From assembly GCF_018350175.1 (NCBI RefSeq), contig NC_058370.1, forward strand, positions 44,516,001-44,580,000: 64,000 nt of DNA, given 5' to 3'. The notes under the pieces are model-generated. The model was not told the origin of the DNA and searched no databases. It saw only the letters and a list, made by a program, of their open reading frames with translations. A program made the position numbers and the translations under genes. Source of the DNA: Felis catus (taxonomy: Eukaryota). Shown piece after piece: positions 24,291-36,668 of this stretch (positions are counted from its first letter, which is position 1; each line of letters opens with the position of its first letter).

Positions 24291-25404
24291 TTTATAATGT
24301 CATACAAGGAGGATATGATGTTGATACGTCTTATTACGGATATTATTAACCATCATCACTTAACATAATGCATTTGAGATCCATATGTGTAGTTGTGTGT
24401 ATCTGTTACGTGTATGAGGAGTTTATTCTTTTTTAATTGCCTAGTAGAACTCCATTGTACAGGTGTACCATTTGCCTGTCCATTTACCAGTTGGTAGACG
24501 TCTGGGCTGTTTCTGGTTTGGGGTTATTATGAATAAAGCTACTATGAGTATTTATATGAAAGTGTTAGTGTCTAAAGATGTTTTCATTTCTTTGGGGTAA
24601 ATGCCTGGGAGTTTATGTAAGTATTTGTTGGATTTTATAAGATTATGGTCCCTGGTTTGTTGCCAAACTTTCTTCCAACGTAGCTATACCTTTTTACATT
24701 CCTGCCAGCAAAGTATGGGAGCTCCAGTTGCTCCATATTTTCACTAACACCGGATGTTGTCAATCTTTTTTGCTTCAACCATTCTAGTAATTGTGCAGAA
24801 GTATCTCAGTGTGGTTTTTATTTCCATTTCCTGAATGACTAATAATCTTGTCAGGAATGTCTTCCCCCTTTATTTATCTTCTTTGACGAAGTGTCTGCTC
24901 AAATATTTTGCCCATTTTAATTGTTTATTTCTTGTTTTAGAGTTGTGAGTGTTCTTTATATATGTGGAATACAAGCATTTTATCAGATGTATAGTTTGCA
25001 ATTATTTCTCCCTGTTTGTGGCCTGCCTTGTCATCTTAAGTGTCTTTTGACGAGCAGAGTTTTATTTTTTATACGCTCCATTTTATGAATATATTTTCTG
25101 TCTTGTTTTTCTTTTTATATTTTACCTGATAAACCTTTGTGTAACCAACCTCACAAAGATTTTCTCCTGTATTTTCTCATGGAATGAGTTTCAAGCAACA
25201 ATAGCTCCTAGCATTTTTTTCATTCGTTTTTTGTACCTACTCTCTTAACTGTAAATTTAGAAATAAATTCTTTTCCAATCATTTAGTGCACTAAGAATCA
25301 TAAATCCTTTGGATAGTGAAGGAATGCTTGTAATCCTGATGGCAAATTTGATTCTTTTGCTACCATGCTCATGTGTTGGCTTCACTGAGGCACCTTCTAC
25401 TCAC

Positions 25405-26110
25405 ACTCTTAGTCTGGGTGCTCCTCAGAATAAACCCTGAGACAAATCTAGGGTGGAGACAGTGGGGTGCTGCTCCATATTTAACAAGTGGCTCCTTGAG
25501 GGTCTGGGGGAATGCCCTGAGTTATAACATTTGCCAATATCCATCGTGTAAATACCTATGCCATGACCAATTTTAAGTTACCAGTACATTGGCAGCCTTC
25601 AGATTTCCTGAAATTTTAATTATTGGCCCTGTGAGCTGATACAACCCTGCTCCAGCATACCACCAGGTACAGGCAGTTTATTTGAGGTGCTGCTTAGGAT
25701 ACAGAAGTGAGGGACTGGAGGAAGCAAGACAGGGAGAGGAGGGGAACCAACAAAAGGGCATTCAAGAGCTAGTTACCACTATGAACAGCTGGGGTTCAAT
25801 CCCAGTGAGGGCTCTCAGAGGATGGTACAGACCCCGACTCAGAATTGTCCCAGTCAGGGGTGAGCAGGCTGGTTGCTGATTCTCAGACTCCTTCTGTTTC
25901 TCTTTTGATGATGGTCCCTGGGTTGTTAAAGCCTGGGCACTTTTCAGGCTGATGTGCTCACAGGCTGAGGAAAGTTCTCCAGCACTGGTGACTTTGCAGG
26001 GAGCCACAAGTGAGGTGGGGAGCTGCTCTGGGTAGGAAGCTGCCAGTGTGCCTGAAGTTGCTCATTGTCAGAAGTGAGACGGGGAATCCATAGTATCTGC
26101 TCGATGTACC
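25405..26110. mobile_element. ERVL LTR (LTR16/LTR33-like) interrupted by a MER63-like hAT element at about 25460-25665
   Basis: tcttagtctgggtgctcctcagaataaaccctgagacaa...[cagtggggtgctg...ccagcataccacc]...ggcagtttatttgaggtg...gttaccactatgaacagctggggttcaatccc. Confidence 0.6.
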
Positions 26111-26348
26111 ACATGCTTTTCCTAAACACTGAATTAACACTACTCAACAGCACCTGCCATTAGGTCTGCAGTCAAGGGCACAATCTCCTGTCCAGTGTGA
26201 ACTTAGGTAATGCTTTCTTTACTGGCTCATATTAGTACATTTAAAGTCAACACCAGAATGGTGACATTGACATTGACATTCCTTGTGGCAGCCACAAGTT
26301 CAGTCCTTCTGTTCAATGGATATAGTCTGTTTAGAAAGGGAGAGAGGA

Positions 26349-26570
26349 GGGGTGCCAGGGTGGCTGGTTAAGCATCTGACTCTCTATTTTGACTCAGGTC
26401 ATGATCTCGCGGTTTGTGAGTTTGAGCCCCACATGGGGCTCTGTGCTGGTGGTTCAGAGCCTGCTTGGGATTCTCTCTCTCTTCCTCTCTCTCTGCCCCT
26501 CCCCTACTCTTTCTTTCTCTCTCTCTCTTTCTCTCTCACAAAATAAATAAATAAATTTTTTTAAAAAAAT
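26349..26570 (+). mobile_element. CAN-SINE with TSD agaaagggagag
   Basis: ggggtgccagggtggctggttaagcatctgactc...(CT)n...aaataaataa; TSD 26333-26344 / 26571-26582. Confidence 0.92.
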
Positions 26571-27389
26571 AGAAAGGGAGAGGGAAAATCACTTCTTTGT
26601 CAGTTCTTAAAAACATGGGTAATGTAAGTATGAGTAATAGAATCCAATCAAATAATTTCCTCATCCAAGCCACTTAATAACTGGAATTCTGGATGTGAGA
26701 GGAAGCCTTGTCTTATAAACCCCTGGACAAGCCATATTCAAGTATTTTCTCCAGACTGTCTCACTTTTGGTGGCATCTTGAGTTTGAGTAGTTGTCTACA
26801 GTCCTGAGGTTGCCCCACTGACCTTCCCTTGTTGGATGTCTGACCTAACATTTCTGTGGCTACGTAGATCAGAGAAAATCTTATCACAACAAATAATAAG
26901 ATGTTTTCTTAAATGCAAAAGTCCAGTCTTTCTTGGGGCAAAAAGAAGTTGGCTATGGCTCTGTCTTCTCCGCCAGGGAAACTTCCCACAGACGGGGAAC
27001 AGATGGGCCTAGATTGAGGCACCATCTGCTTTTCAGTTGTAATTAACATCGGATCCAGGGGTGGGTTGGATTTTACCATGGTGTTGGCCGTCCCCCTTGA
27101 CCGCCAGGGAATCCTAAATCATGTGTTTGTTGGAATGTGAAGCTTGGGTTAGGTTTCTTCTGATGGGCAACAGCTCTTATGAGACAGGAGAAGAAAAGGA
27201 AACCAGGCTTTGCAGCAAACCACTTCTGTGTGCCTGTTTCCATAGAAGTGGCCGCCACAGATGTAGTTGAAGAGAGGAAGAAGCATGCTAATCTTTTCTT
27301 GTGTTTCCTTGATTCCACTTCGGTTCAGTTGGGCCCACTTTTCTAACAAGTTGATTGAAATAATAATGACCTCTGGCAACAATAACATT

Positions 27390-27600
27390 ATTCAGCATTT
27401 ACTGAATGCTTGTAACATTCCAGCCATGATGCTAAAAATTTCATGTGAATTATCTACTTTCAAAACAACCATATGAGATAGGTACCATTATTTTTCCCAT
27501 TTTGCAAATGGGGAAATGAGGAAAACAAGGTTGAAATACTCACTTCAGGTCACATAACTCGGATATGGACCCAGGCTCTCCAATTGTGCTTTTTAACCAT
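27390..27600 (-). mobile_element. MIR relic
   Basis: aaacaaccatatgagataggtaccattatttttcccattttgcaaatggggaaatgagg...aggtcacata. Confidence 0.7.
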
Positions 27601-29168
27601 GGTTCATCACAGCGTCCACCAACTTACTTATGTTAGAGGAGAGTAGAAGTTAGTGGCTGCCAAATTTCTCCCATTCCTGTTTTGTAAGTTGCGGAAGAGC
27701 CTACAGAAACTCAGATACCAGTGTTCTTCAGTCTCTTTACAACCTCTAGGGAATGCATCTCTCTTGTGATTCAGTGTGCTCTACCCACATGCCTTTAGAT
27801 GATCTCCTGGATTCTTAGTTGTAACTCTGCCTCTTGCTTTTTCTGAGCCTTGGGGGAGGTTAAGTGAAAACATGATTAAATTTTAGCTCTCTGCCTAGAA
27901 GCCACAGCTCATAAAGTTTGTGTTAGCATCTACAAACTGCAGCAAGAGTCAGACCTTCTCATTATCAGTGACATTGGTCCTCCAACAACACAGAAGATTT
28001 TTAGTAGAATGGTCTGAGAGCATCTTTCTCCTGAGCCCTGATTGCTTTATAAGGGCACACCAAGTGGAGAGAATACAAGAAGGACATCCCAAGAATAGCA
28101 GTCATTTTTAATGTTGTCCAGGTACACAGGATTCCCTGGAATCCCCATCCCCCCAAACATCTAGGCAGCCTATGTCAGCTGTGGGGGAGGAGTGCATGTG
28201 CCCAGCTAAGCTAATTGTCTGGCAAGAGAGATTCTGAACCTCCTAATTAAAAGTCCATTGTAATCATCTGGTAATTTTAATGGATTGTCATTGAAGTGTG
28301 AAGCTGGAAATACTGTAATATGAAGCTTTGGTCTGGCTTCGTTAACTATACTAGATCTTAAGCAATAAAATGAAGGTCAGAGTTTAAGCCCCACACAAGC
28401 CTGTTGGCTTTGTTCATTTATACAGACAGTCCCAGACTGGCTCCCTACCCACAGACATCCAACCATTAGCTCTCTATACCAGTCATGAGCAGGCTTAGGC
28501 TGTGGATGCTGGATGACCCCATGTAGCCCTTCACCACTCATGGGAAATTGCCTTCCACCCTGGGAGCACATCCTGTGATACTGGGGCAGTTCTGGTAATA
28601 GGACACAGTAAAGACATACAGTTAAGGAAGTGGTCCCCACCTGGGAATATTGCCATGGCTTTCAACTGGGTGCCCAGGCGGCCATCTAAGCACCTTCTCT
28701 GGAGTGCCGATCTACCAAGACCACTAGAACATCACTATAGTAAGTGGGAAAGATGGCGCCACTTAACTCGGGCTTCCACATAACACAACTAAAGGCAATT
28801 GAATCGAACCCCTCCACCTGTAGCAAACAGCCACCTAAAGTGGAAATAAAAAGGATCTTCCTGCTTTTTGCCACTGCTGTTCTCTTTCTGTTATATGTAC
28901 TTTGTAAGTGCTCACACTGTCCCACCAGCTGAAATTTTAAAATTGGACAGTTCATAATATATACCAACATTGAATAAAATGTGTTTCATTATTTAAATAT
29001 TAAATATTAAACTTTGATTCACCATTAAGAAGTTGTCTACTTCAGAGAAGTTCTTTTTACAAAAGAAACTCAAAAAAGGATAACGATTATGGAAGAATGG
29101 GGGAATATTTTTCAGAACATTGGCTATGCTTGCACCAGTGGAAATGGATTAGTAAGGGGCTTAATTTC

Positions 29169-29172
29169 TATA

Positions 29173-29213
<41 letters not shown>

Positions 29214-29251
29214 ATGTATATACATATACATATACATATACATATATATAT
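29169..29251. repeat. (TATATG)n followed by (CATATA)n: quasi-palindromic microsatellite
   Basis: Direct reading; the two arms are reverse complements of each other. Confidence 0.95.
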
Positions 29252-30287
29252 TAATAGAAGATTAGTTTTCTTCTCCTTCCTCCACTAAATAAATGTTGAA
29301 TAAATATTTAAAGAACATGGGTTTGAAGAGGCATCAGATTATGAGCCTGCTTGGATGGCCTGTGTCTCAGGATGATCCTGTGTTTGGAAGTGCTGGTTGC
29401 TCGCCCATGATTGGCTTGCTATTCACTGTTTGATGTTATCTGGCAGTTGTGGTGCCCACCAGCTCCCAAAACTGTTTGGGGAGAGAATAACAAAAAAATG
29501 ACAGAAAGGCAAGAATGCAAATATCTTGATAACTTTAACCAGCCTGGTGTCTTGCAATAAAGTGTTGTGCAATAAAACAGCTCTAACTCTGGCATGAAAA
29601 TCCCTACCCTATTGTGGTTTCCTCAGAAAGGCTTGGCTCTGGTTACAAAAACTTTGAGGCAAGGAGCAGGTTTATCACCAACCTTGAAGTGAAGATTTCC
29701 ACCATCTTGCAGAGAGTTGGGAAATTTTTTGAAATTTCAAAGTCCTCCAGAAAAGTTGAATTCTCTAATATTTACAGTACATCTCTAGGGGAGAAGTCAT
29801 TGTCCTCATTTTCTCAAACAAGCCTGAAGAGAAAGAGGCCACTATCGGCAGACATGCCTGGTGTCAACCAGCGTCTGCCTGAGATTGGAGAACTCCCACA
29901 GAGTGTACCACTAGTGTTTAGTAGGGAGGGGTGGGGTGGGGGTGTCACTGAGAAATGGGAAAGGAAGAAAAGGAGGAAATAAGGAAGAAAAAAAGATCTT
30001 GAGAAATCTTCAAGCCAGTGGGCATTCTGAGCCTTCAGACCACTCCTCCTGCTGCTGAAAGCAATTGGAGTTACAGCCATGAGTTCCAGCCAGGTTGGAC
30101 TCCTACAAATGCAGCTGAAGTCCATTTTCAGTCATGGACTGCTTTTATGATCTTGGGCTTATATTCTCTCTGCCTCAGTTTTCTTGTCTGAAAAGTGGGG
30201 GTGACAATAGTTTCCATTTCATGGTGTAGCTGAGAGATTAAGCTTTAAAGAAGTTCTAGGCCCATGGTCAATTTTCAATAAATGTCA

Positions 30288-30992
30288 GCAGTCATAATTA
30301 TCATCATTGTCTGTCTCTTCATCACCGTCATCATCATCATTGTCTCTGTCATCATCATATCACAGTCACTATCATCACCACCACTGTCATCATCATCATC
30401 ACATGGTCAAATCATTACCACCACCATGACGATCACCATCACCATCATTCATCACCACCACCATCATTGTCTTTATTATCATCATTACCATAACTACCAC
30501 CATCACCATCATTATCACCATCACCATCATTGTCTTTATTATCATCATTACCATCACCACCACCATCACCATCATTATCACCATCATCATCATTCATCAC
30601 CANNNNNNNNNNNNNNNNNNNNNNNNNNNNNNNNNNNNNNNNNNNNNNNNNNNNNNNNNNNNNNNNNNNNNNNNNNNNNNNNNNNNNNNNNNNNNNNNNN
30701 NNNNNNNNNNNNNNNNNNNNNNNNNNNNNNNNNNNNNNNNNNNNNNNNNNNNNNNNNNNNNCTATCCCTACCACCACTGTCATCATCATCACATTATCAA
30801 ATCACTACCTCTTCAAGACACCATCACCATATCATCGTCATCACCATCACCACCACCATCACCACCAGTCTGACCATCAATATTATCATCACAGTCACTA
30901 TTATCACCATAATTATTATTGTCCCTGCCATGATCACATCATAATCACTGTTATTACTATCATCGCCATCATCAAAGCCACTTTAATCATTA
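30288..30992. repeat. (CAT/CAC)n low-complexity tract containing an assembly gap at 30603-30761
   Basis: Degenerate ATC/ACC triplets; a ~63-bp unit (cattgtctttattatcatcattacc...) is repeated at about 30465 and 30528. Confidence 0.95.
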
Positions 30993-32029
30993 TAGTGTTC
31001 AGCTAATGGAGTCAACGGTGATTCCTGTTTAAGGCAGACAGTCTGCATTTATGCATGCAAATATCAGCCCAGAGTACAAGAACCTCCCCAAACTGCCCTT
31101 TGCCTATTCTACAGCCTCTTCATCTGCTTTCTCACCCACAATCTACACTCCAGCAATAGTGAATAATTTGTCATTTTTAAAGCAAACTGTGTTTATTTAT
31201 GGCACCATGCTTTTATTCATGCTGTTCCCTTGTCTAGCCACTTCTTTCCTGACTTCTTTGCTTGGCTTTTCAGACATGATGTAACCGTCAACTCCTCCAG
31301 AGAGTCTTCCCGTAACCTTCTCCTCACTCTCTAAAATGTAGGTTAGGTGTCCTTGCTCTAAGCTCTGATAGAATCTAGTGAATAGCTCTGTATTTAGCTT
31401 TAATACCAAATACTTTGCTCACACATTTAACAGACGTGGTGGTACTCCCATCAGATCAACCTGAGTCTTCTTTATAAGTTTGTGGCCTTTGGGTCTCATG
31501 GATCACACATGAGCTTCTCATGGTTCACCCCTGTGACCTTTTAAGATCTTGGGCTGCTAGGCCTACTTCACCAGGGTGCGCTGAGTAGCAAGTGCCTGAT
31601 AAGTTGCATTCTCTGGGGTGGCAAATAGCCACAATGACTGGTTGGTACAGTAGTATGGATGCCCAGATCCTTTGTTTTAAGGCAAGACCAAGTCTGTGGG
31701 GCAGCCTCTACTCCAGAGTTCTGTGCAGGATGAGGCTGAGAGTAGGTGTCATCTGGCCTCACACCTTCCCTTGGTTTCTTCTCCTTCCTTGTCCATGGAT
31801 CCTCTACTACCTTATCAGTCTCCCATTGTATATGGATTCTCCCCTGAGGGTCTTCTTTTGGTGAACACAGCCAATATCCAGGAACCCTTTCCTTTGGACT
31901 GGTTGATACTACCTGGGGGAAGATTGCTCTTTAATACTAAGTTTCATGTTTAAATGGATAGAATGGCTACCAGGCAGGTAGGGAATTTTCCATCCTTACT
32001 TCCTGGAGTCCACTGGGAGTGGAGGCGAT

Positions 32030-32270
32030 GTGATGAAGATTAGGAGCTTTGATGTCACAAAGCAATAGATTTGAGTGATTACTGTCTCTGCTAATAAGAT
32101 GTGTTTCTTATCCCCTCCAGACCCCAGTTTCCTCTTCTGTAAAATAGAAATACTATAGGGCCAACTTCTGTATGTGGGTTATTGGGAGGGTGAAATGAGC
32201 TAATGCATTTTACACACTGAGCCTAGGGTCGGCCCATAGAAAGAGCTCATTCATTCATTGATGCATTCCT
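32030..32270 (+). mobile_element. MIR relic
   Basis: ccccagtttcctcttctgtaaaatagaaatactatag...gggttattgggagggtgaaatgagctaatgcat. Confidence 0.7.
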
Positions 32271-32467
32271 CCAAGAAACATCTCAGAAAGAGTGTCAGGC
32301 ACTGATGTAAGAGAGGGGATACAAAAGTGAACAAAACTGTCCCAAACCTCTGCCCTGGTGTACCATCCAGATGTTGTTGGTATTGTCATCAGCACAGACT
32401 CTAGGCTGGAGGTATGGGGGTGCACCTTGGTGTGGGGCTCTTAAAGTTCACATATGGGTTCATTCTT

Positions 32468-32611
32468 TCAGCCACCAGGTAGCTAGTTTCTGTCTACTGG
32501 AAGCAACTGGAAAGAAGGTGGAAAGATGGTGTCTATTATCAGCCACCAGGTAGCTAGTTTCTGTCTACTGGAAGCAACTGGAAAGAAGGTGGAAAGATGG
32601 TGTCTATTATC
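32468..32611. repeat. Perfect 71-bp tandem duplication
   Basis: tcagccaccaggtagctagtttctgtctactggaagcaactggaaagaaggtggaaagatggtgtctatta occurs twice (32468-32538, 32539-32609), followed by tc. Confidence 0.97.
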
Positions 32612-32904
32612 TTAGATTTCCACATGAGGAAAGACCTAAGGGACAAGAGTCATACATCCTCATCTGAGCCCTGATGGGAACCTTGAGTTTGAGCATGATG
32701 CTGTGGGAAGAACCCTGGACCACTGGGCCAGTGCCAGGAGTTTCAGAACAAGCCAGACCATCATGGTGGGGCAACTGCAGAAAAGTTATTTAACTGCCCA
32801 GGGCATTATTTTCCTGATCAAAGAAATGGACAGTTAGACCTGACCTGAGATCACCATTCTCACTATTGACAGTTGAATTTGGTCAGCTCAGTGCTTTACA
32901 ATTG

Positions 32905-33385
32905 TTGAATTCAATCATTCATTCGTTTAGTACCTAATTGAGCATGTACTATGTGCCAGCCCTATTCTAGGCACTTAGAATACATCAGAGGATGAGACAG
33001 GCAGAGACCCCTATCTTCATGGAGCCTATATTCTAAGGAAGGAGGCAGGCAGTAAAATAAACATAATAAGTAAATTGTTTGGCATGCTAGAAGATAATCC
33101 ATACAATGGAAAAAGAAATAGTGGAACAGAGTTTGGAGGGTGAAGAGGGGAGGTGCTGGAGAGGCATGTTGTAGGGTCAAGGTGGGTTCCAAGAGGGTGA
33201 TATCTGAGCAAAGAATGAAGGAAGTGAGGGAAAGAGTCACGTGAATGGCTGAGGAGAGAATGGCCAGCCAATGCAAGGGCCTTGACTCAGAGCCGCCTAG
33301 GTTTATTTATGCAAGGGCTAGAAGGCCAGTATGCCTGGAGCAGAATCAGCAAGGGAGAGAGTAGGCAGTGAGGCCAGAGTGACTA
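32905..33385 (-). mobile_element. L2 3' end relic
   Basis: attcattcg...attgagcatgtactatgtgccagccctattctaggcactt...cttcatggagcctatattcta...gaaggccagtatgcctggagcaga. Confidence 0.8.
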
Positions 33386-34468
33386 CATTAGTTTCCATTA
33401 CTCAAAACCAGGAGATTTTTACCTAAAGTCCAGATTCGTAGTTTCACTCTTAGAAAATTGGAATCTCTGGCCACACTGAGCACATATCCTCAAGAAGCAT
33501 TAGCCAAGGCAGAGCACAGGCTGTCCACCTCAGATAGGACTCCACTGTCCAGCAAGCCACAGACCCTACCTCATCTACTTATTCCTACATCTTGTGGACC
33601 CCTGTGGGCAGTTGAGGCCATGGTGCCAGGCAGCAGCCTCTGACAACACCAAGATGCTCAAACTCGTCATCACTCACTGCATCTGCCCCTTCCTTCACTG
33701 CCATTTCTATCAGCCCTGACTTTATGCCTGTTCTTGTCTAAGCTAAACAAAGACTTCTGGGTAAGACTTTGAAAAGGAAGTATTTGGAAAGGAAGTCCAT
33801 ATAGACGTAGGGAAATTATCCTTCATATCTGTGCAAGTGAGGCTTTTTCTTTGGAAAGAACTAATGGGCTTTATGGAGTTTGTGTGTGTGCTGGGGGAAA
33901 GGGTTGCAAGGGAATAAGGAAACATTTGTCATCTTCTGTTCACACTTGCCTCCTGTCCTGACTGCAGGGCTCCAGGGAGATTTTATTTACTTTTTTGCCA
34001 GAAATGAACATACGAACAAAACCCAAAACTGTGTCTTGCGCATACCACCTCACACACATTCAGATGGCTGCTGTCAAAAAACAAAATAGAACAAACAAAA
34101 AATACCCCAGAAAATAACAAGTGCTGGTGAGGATGTAAAGNNNNNNNNNNNNNNNNNNNNNNNNNNNNNNNNNNNNNNNNNNNNNNNNNNNNNNNNNNNN
34201 NNNNNNNNNNNNNNNNNNNNNNNNNNNNNNNNNNNNNNNNNNNNNNNNNNNNNNNNNNNNNNNNNNNNNACCCAAAAAAAACTGAAAGCTGTGGCTTGAA
34301 TAGACAATTATACACCTGTGTTNNNNNNNNNNNNNNNNNNNNNNNNNNNNNNNNNNNNNNNNNNNNNNNNNNNNNNNNNNNNNNNNNNNNNNNNNNNNNN
34401 NNNNNNNNNNNNNNNNNNNNNNNNNNNNNNNNNNNNNNNNNNNNNNNNNNTTTAAGGAAAGAAATTCT

Positions 34469-34676
34469 TGTTTTAATATTTATTTATTTTAGAGAGAGAG
34501 AGAGGGAGCACACAAGCAGGGGAAGGGCAGAGAGAGAGGAGACACAGACTCTGAAGCAGGCTTCAGGCTCTGAGCTGTCAGTACAGAGCCCAACGCGGGT
34601 CTCCAACTCATAAGCCATGAGATCATGATCTGAGCCAAAGTTGGACACTCAACCAACTGAGCCACCCAGGCACCCC
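34469..34676 (-). mobile_element. CAN-SINE with perfect 17-bp TSD
   Basis: TSD ttaaggaaagaaattct at 34452-34468 and 34677-34693. Confidence 0.94.
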
Positions 34677-34961
34677 TTAAGGAAAGAAATTCTGACACCT
34701 GCTACAACATGGATGAACTTTGAGTACATTATGCTGAATGAAATAGGCCAGTCACAAAAGGACAAATACTTAGTCCACTTAGATGAGGTACCTACGGTAG
34801 TCAAATTGATAGAGACAGAAAATAGAATGGTGGTTTCCGGGGCCTGGGGGTGGGGGTGGGGGTGGGAAATGAAGAGTTACTGTTTAACGGGTAGACAAAA
34901 AAGTTCTCGAATGGATGGTGGTAATGGTTGTGCAACAATCTGAATTTGAATGTGAATATTC

Positions 34962-35104
34962 TTTTTTTAAGTTATTTATTTATCGAGAGAGAGAGAGAAT
35001 ACAGGTAGGCTCTACACTGTCAGCACAGAGCCTGACATGGGGCTTGAACCCACAAACCATGAGATCATGACCCGAGCCAACCGACTAAGCCACCCAGGCA
35101 CCCC
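34962..35104 (-). mobile_element. Internally deleted CAN-SINE
   Basis: ttatttatttatcgagagagag...cagcacagagcctgacatggggcttgaacccacaaaccatgagatcatgacc...gccacccaggcacccc. Confidence 0.9.
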
Positions 35105-36049
35105 ATGAGTGTATGTATTCTTAATGGCTTTAAACTATACACTTTGAAAATGGTTAAAATGGTAAACATTGTGTTGTGTACATTTTACCACAATAAAAAA
35201 GTTAAAATTAAATTTTTAAATATCAAATATAAGTAATATGTATTATACATCTATAGAGATAGAGAAGGAGAAAGAATGATCCATCCCCTTTCAGAGAACT
35301 TGGCCCTTCTGCTCCCCCAATCAGGTTTGCTCTCTTCTGTCTTAAGTTGAGAAAAAGAAAAAAAAAAAAGGCTTACTTAGAGATGGGAGTGGTCCCCAAG
35401 CCTGAGGGAACAGTTCAGCCTATGACCCCAGAAAAGGGTGTGTCAGGGAGCCCCCATGGGGGTCCAGACCTAGCCAGCTAGAATGTGCCTGACCTCCAGT
35501 CCTCCTACAATTCTGGGTGTCTCTGGGGGGTACAAAGTTCATGGCACTGTATATGTGTTCTCTTTCTTCCTGATCATGACTTCCTACTTGCATTTTTATT
35601 TGTCTTATGTCCTGATGCCTTTTACTTATTTGTGTGTACCATTATTTTATTGTACATGTTTTTATTGTGAGCCTTCCTAAATCCCCAGCAGGGGAAGGGA
35701 GCAACAAAGGGCTGATGTCTTCATGGATGAAGTGCGGTTGACTTTAAGAGAACCTGTTTTTGTCCCCTTTTCACTTCCTTCTTCTCCTCTGGCTGCCCTC
35801 TCCCTTTGTTGCTCCCCTTTCTCCTTTCCATCCCTCCCCATTTTTCCTGGGTGATCACTCTCTGTCTGCACCCCCATTTTCTTTGTCTACTTCTCTCTAC
35901 CCCACTCTGGACTCCAGAAGACCAGCCTCTAAGGACCTTATCTCCCAGATTCCGTGCCTTTGGGGAGGGACAGGAGAGAGGTCCGGGCATTTCCTCCCTG
36001 CTCCCTCCTGGCTTTCCAGGCTCTGGCTAGTGCTGCTTTCCTCCACCCT

Positions 36050-36305
36050 GTGAGGAGCCTCATCCCCACTCACGAGGCTGCAGCAACTCGGTCCCCTCCT
36101 CTTGTACCTTCAGGCCACCACGAGGGAACAGCTTCTCGAGTTGCTAGGCTCTGGGTGCATTACGTTCTCTGTTGGTTCCCTTGCCCTGCCTGTACTACTA
36201 CAGGGAAGCCCTTCATCAGACTCTCTGCAGTTAAAAAAAGAGTTCTTTCTGGTTAAACCCTTTTGAGTGGCCTTCTGTTTGCTGCTCAAACCCTGACAGA
36301 GGCAC
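36050..36305. mobile_element. ERVL LTR relic (LTR33/LTR41-like)
   Basis: ctcttgtaccttcaggcc...cagcttctcgagttgctag...cccttttgagtggccttctgtttgctgctcaaaccctgacaga. Confidence 0.5.
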
Positions 36306-36443
36306 GAAGCCTCCTCACTATTCTAGACTATTCTGGACACTATTCTGGACTCACTCTCAAGGCGTCCAACTAGGGGCCCATAGAAACGGACCAGGGGACA
36401 CCTGGACCACCTGTTTCAGGTGCTGATTAGAAATGCAGGTCCT

Positions 36444-36668
36444 GGGGCGCCTGGGTGGTGCAGTCGGTTAAGCGTCCGACTTCAGCCAGGTCACGATCTC
36501 GCGGTCCGTGAGTTCCAGCCCCGCGTCGGGCTCTGGGCTGATGGCTCAGAGCCTGGAGCCTGTTTCCGATTCTGTGTCTCCCTCTCTGTCTGCCCCTCCC
36601 CCGTTTATGCTCTGTCTCTCTCTGTCCCCAAAATAAATAAAGAACGTTGAAAAAAAAATTAAAAAAAA
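36444..36668 (+). mobile_element. Very young SINEC_Fc CAN-SINE with 13-bp TSD, inserted in a MER5A relic (about 36368-36795)
   Basis: ggggcgcctgggtggtgcagtcggttaagcgtccgacttcagccaggtcacgatctcgcggtccgtg... with CpGs largely intact and a long A tail; TSD aaatgcaggtcct at 36431-36443 / 36669-36681. Confidence 0.96.

Larger units (their letters stand above)
23375..25185 (-). mobile_element. Nested old L1 (L1M) 3' fragments carrying two SINE insertions
   Basis: tttattgaggtataattt..., ttttattttgaaataatttt...tttcccctaatgttaacatcttaca, and ORF2-end antisense ttttacattcctgccagcaaagtatgggagctccagttgctcca...tttgcaattatttctccc. Confidence 0.8.
34030..35205 (+). mobile_element. L1M 3' region with two assembly gaps (34141-34269, 34323-34450) and two SINE insertions
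   Basis: aataacaagtgctggtgaggatgt...gctacaacatggatgaactttgagtacattatgctgaatgaaataggccagtcacaaaaggacaaata...aaaatggttaaaatggtaaa...ttttaccacaataaaaaa. Confidence 0.85.

Noticed and set aside
30282-30944. 220-aa His/Ile/Thr-rich ORF
   Set aside because: Translation of a CAT/CAC simple repeat running through an N gap; no gene structure.
34846-34866. G-quadruplex motif (GGGGGT)3GGG
   Set aside because: Expansion of the ordinary G-rich tract of an L1 3'UTR; unremarkable.
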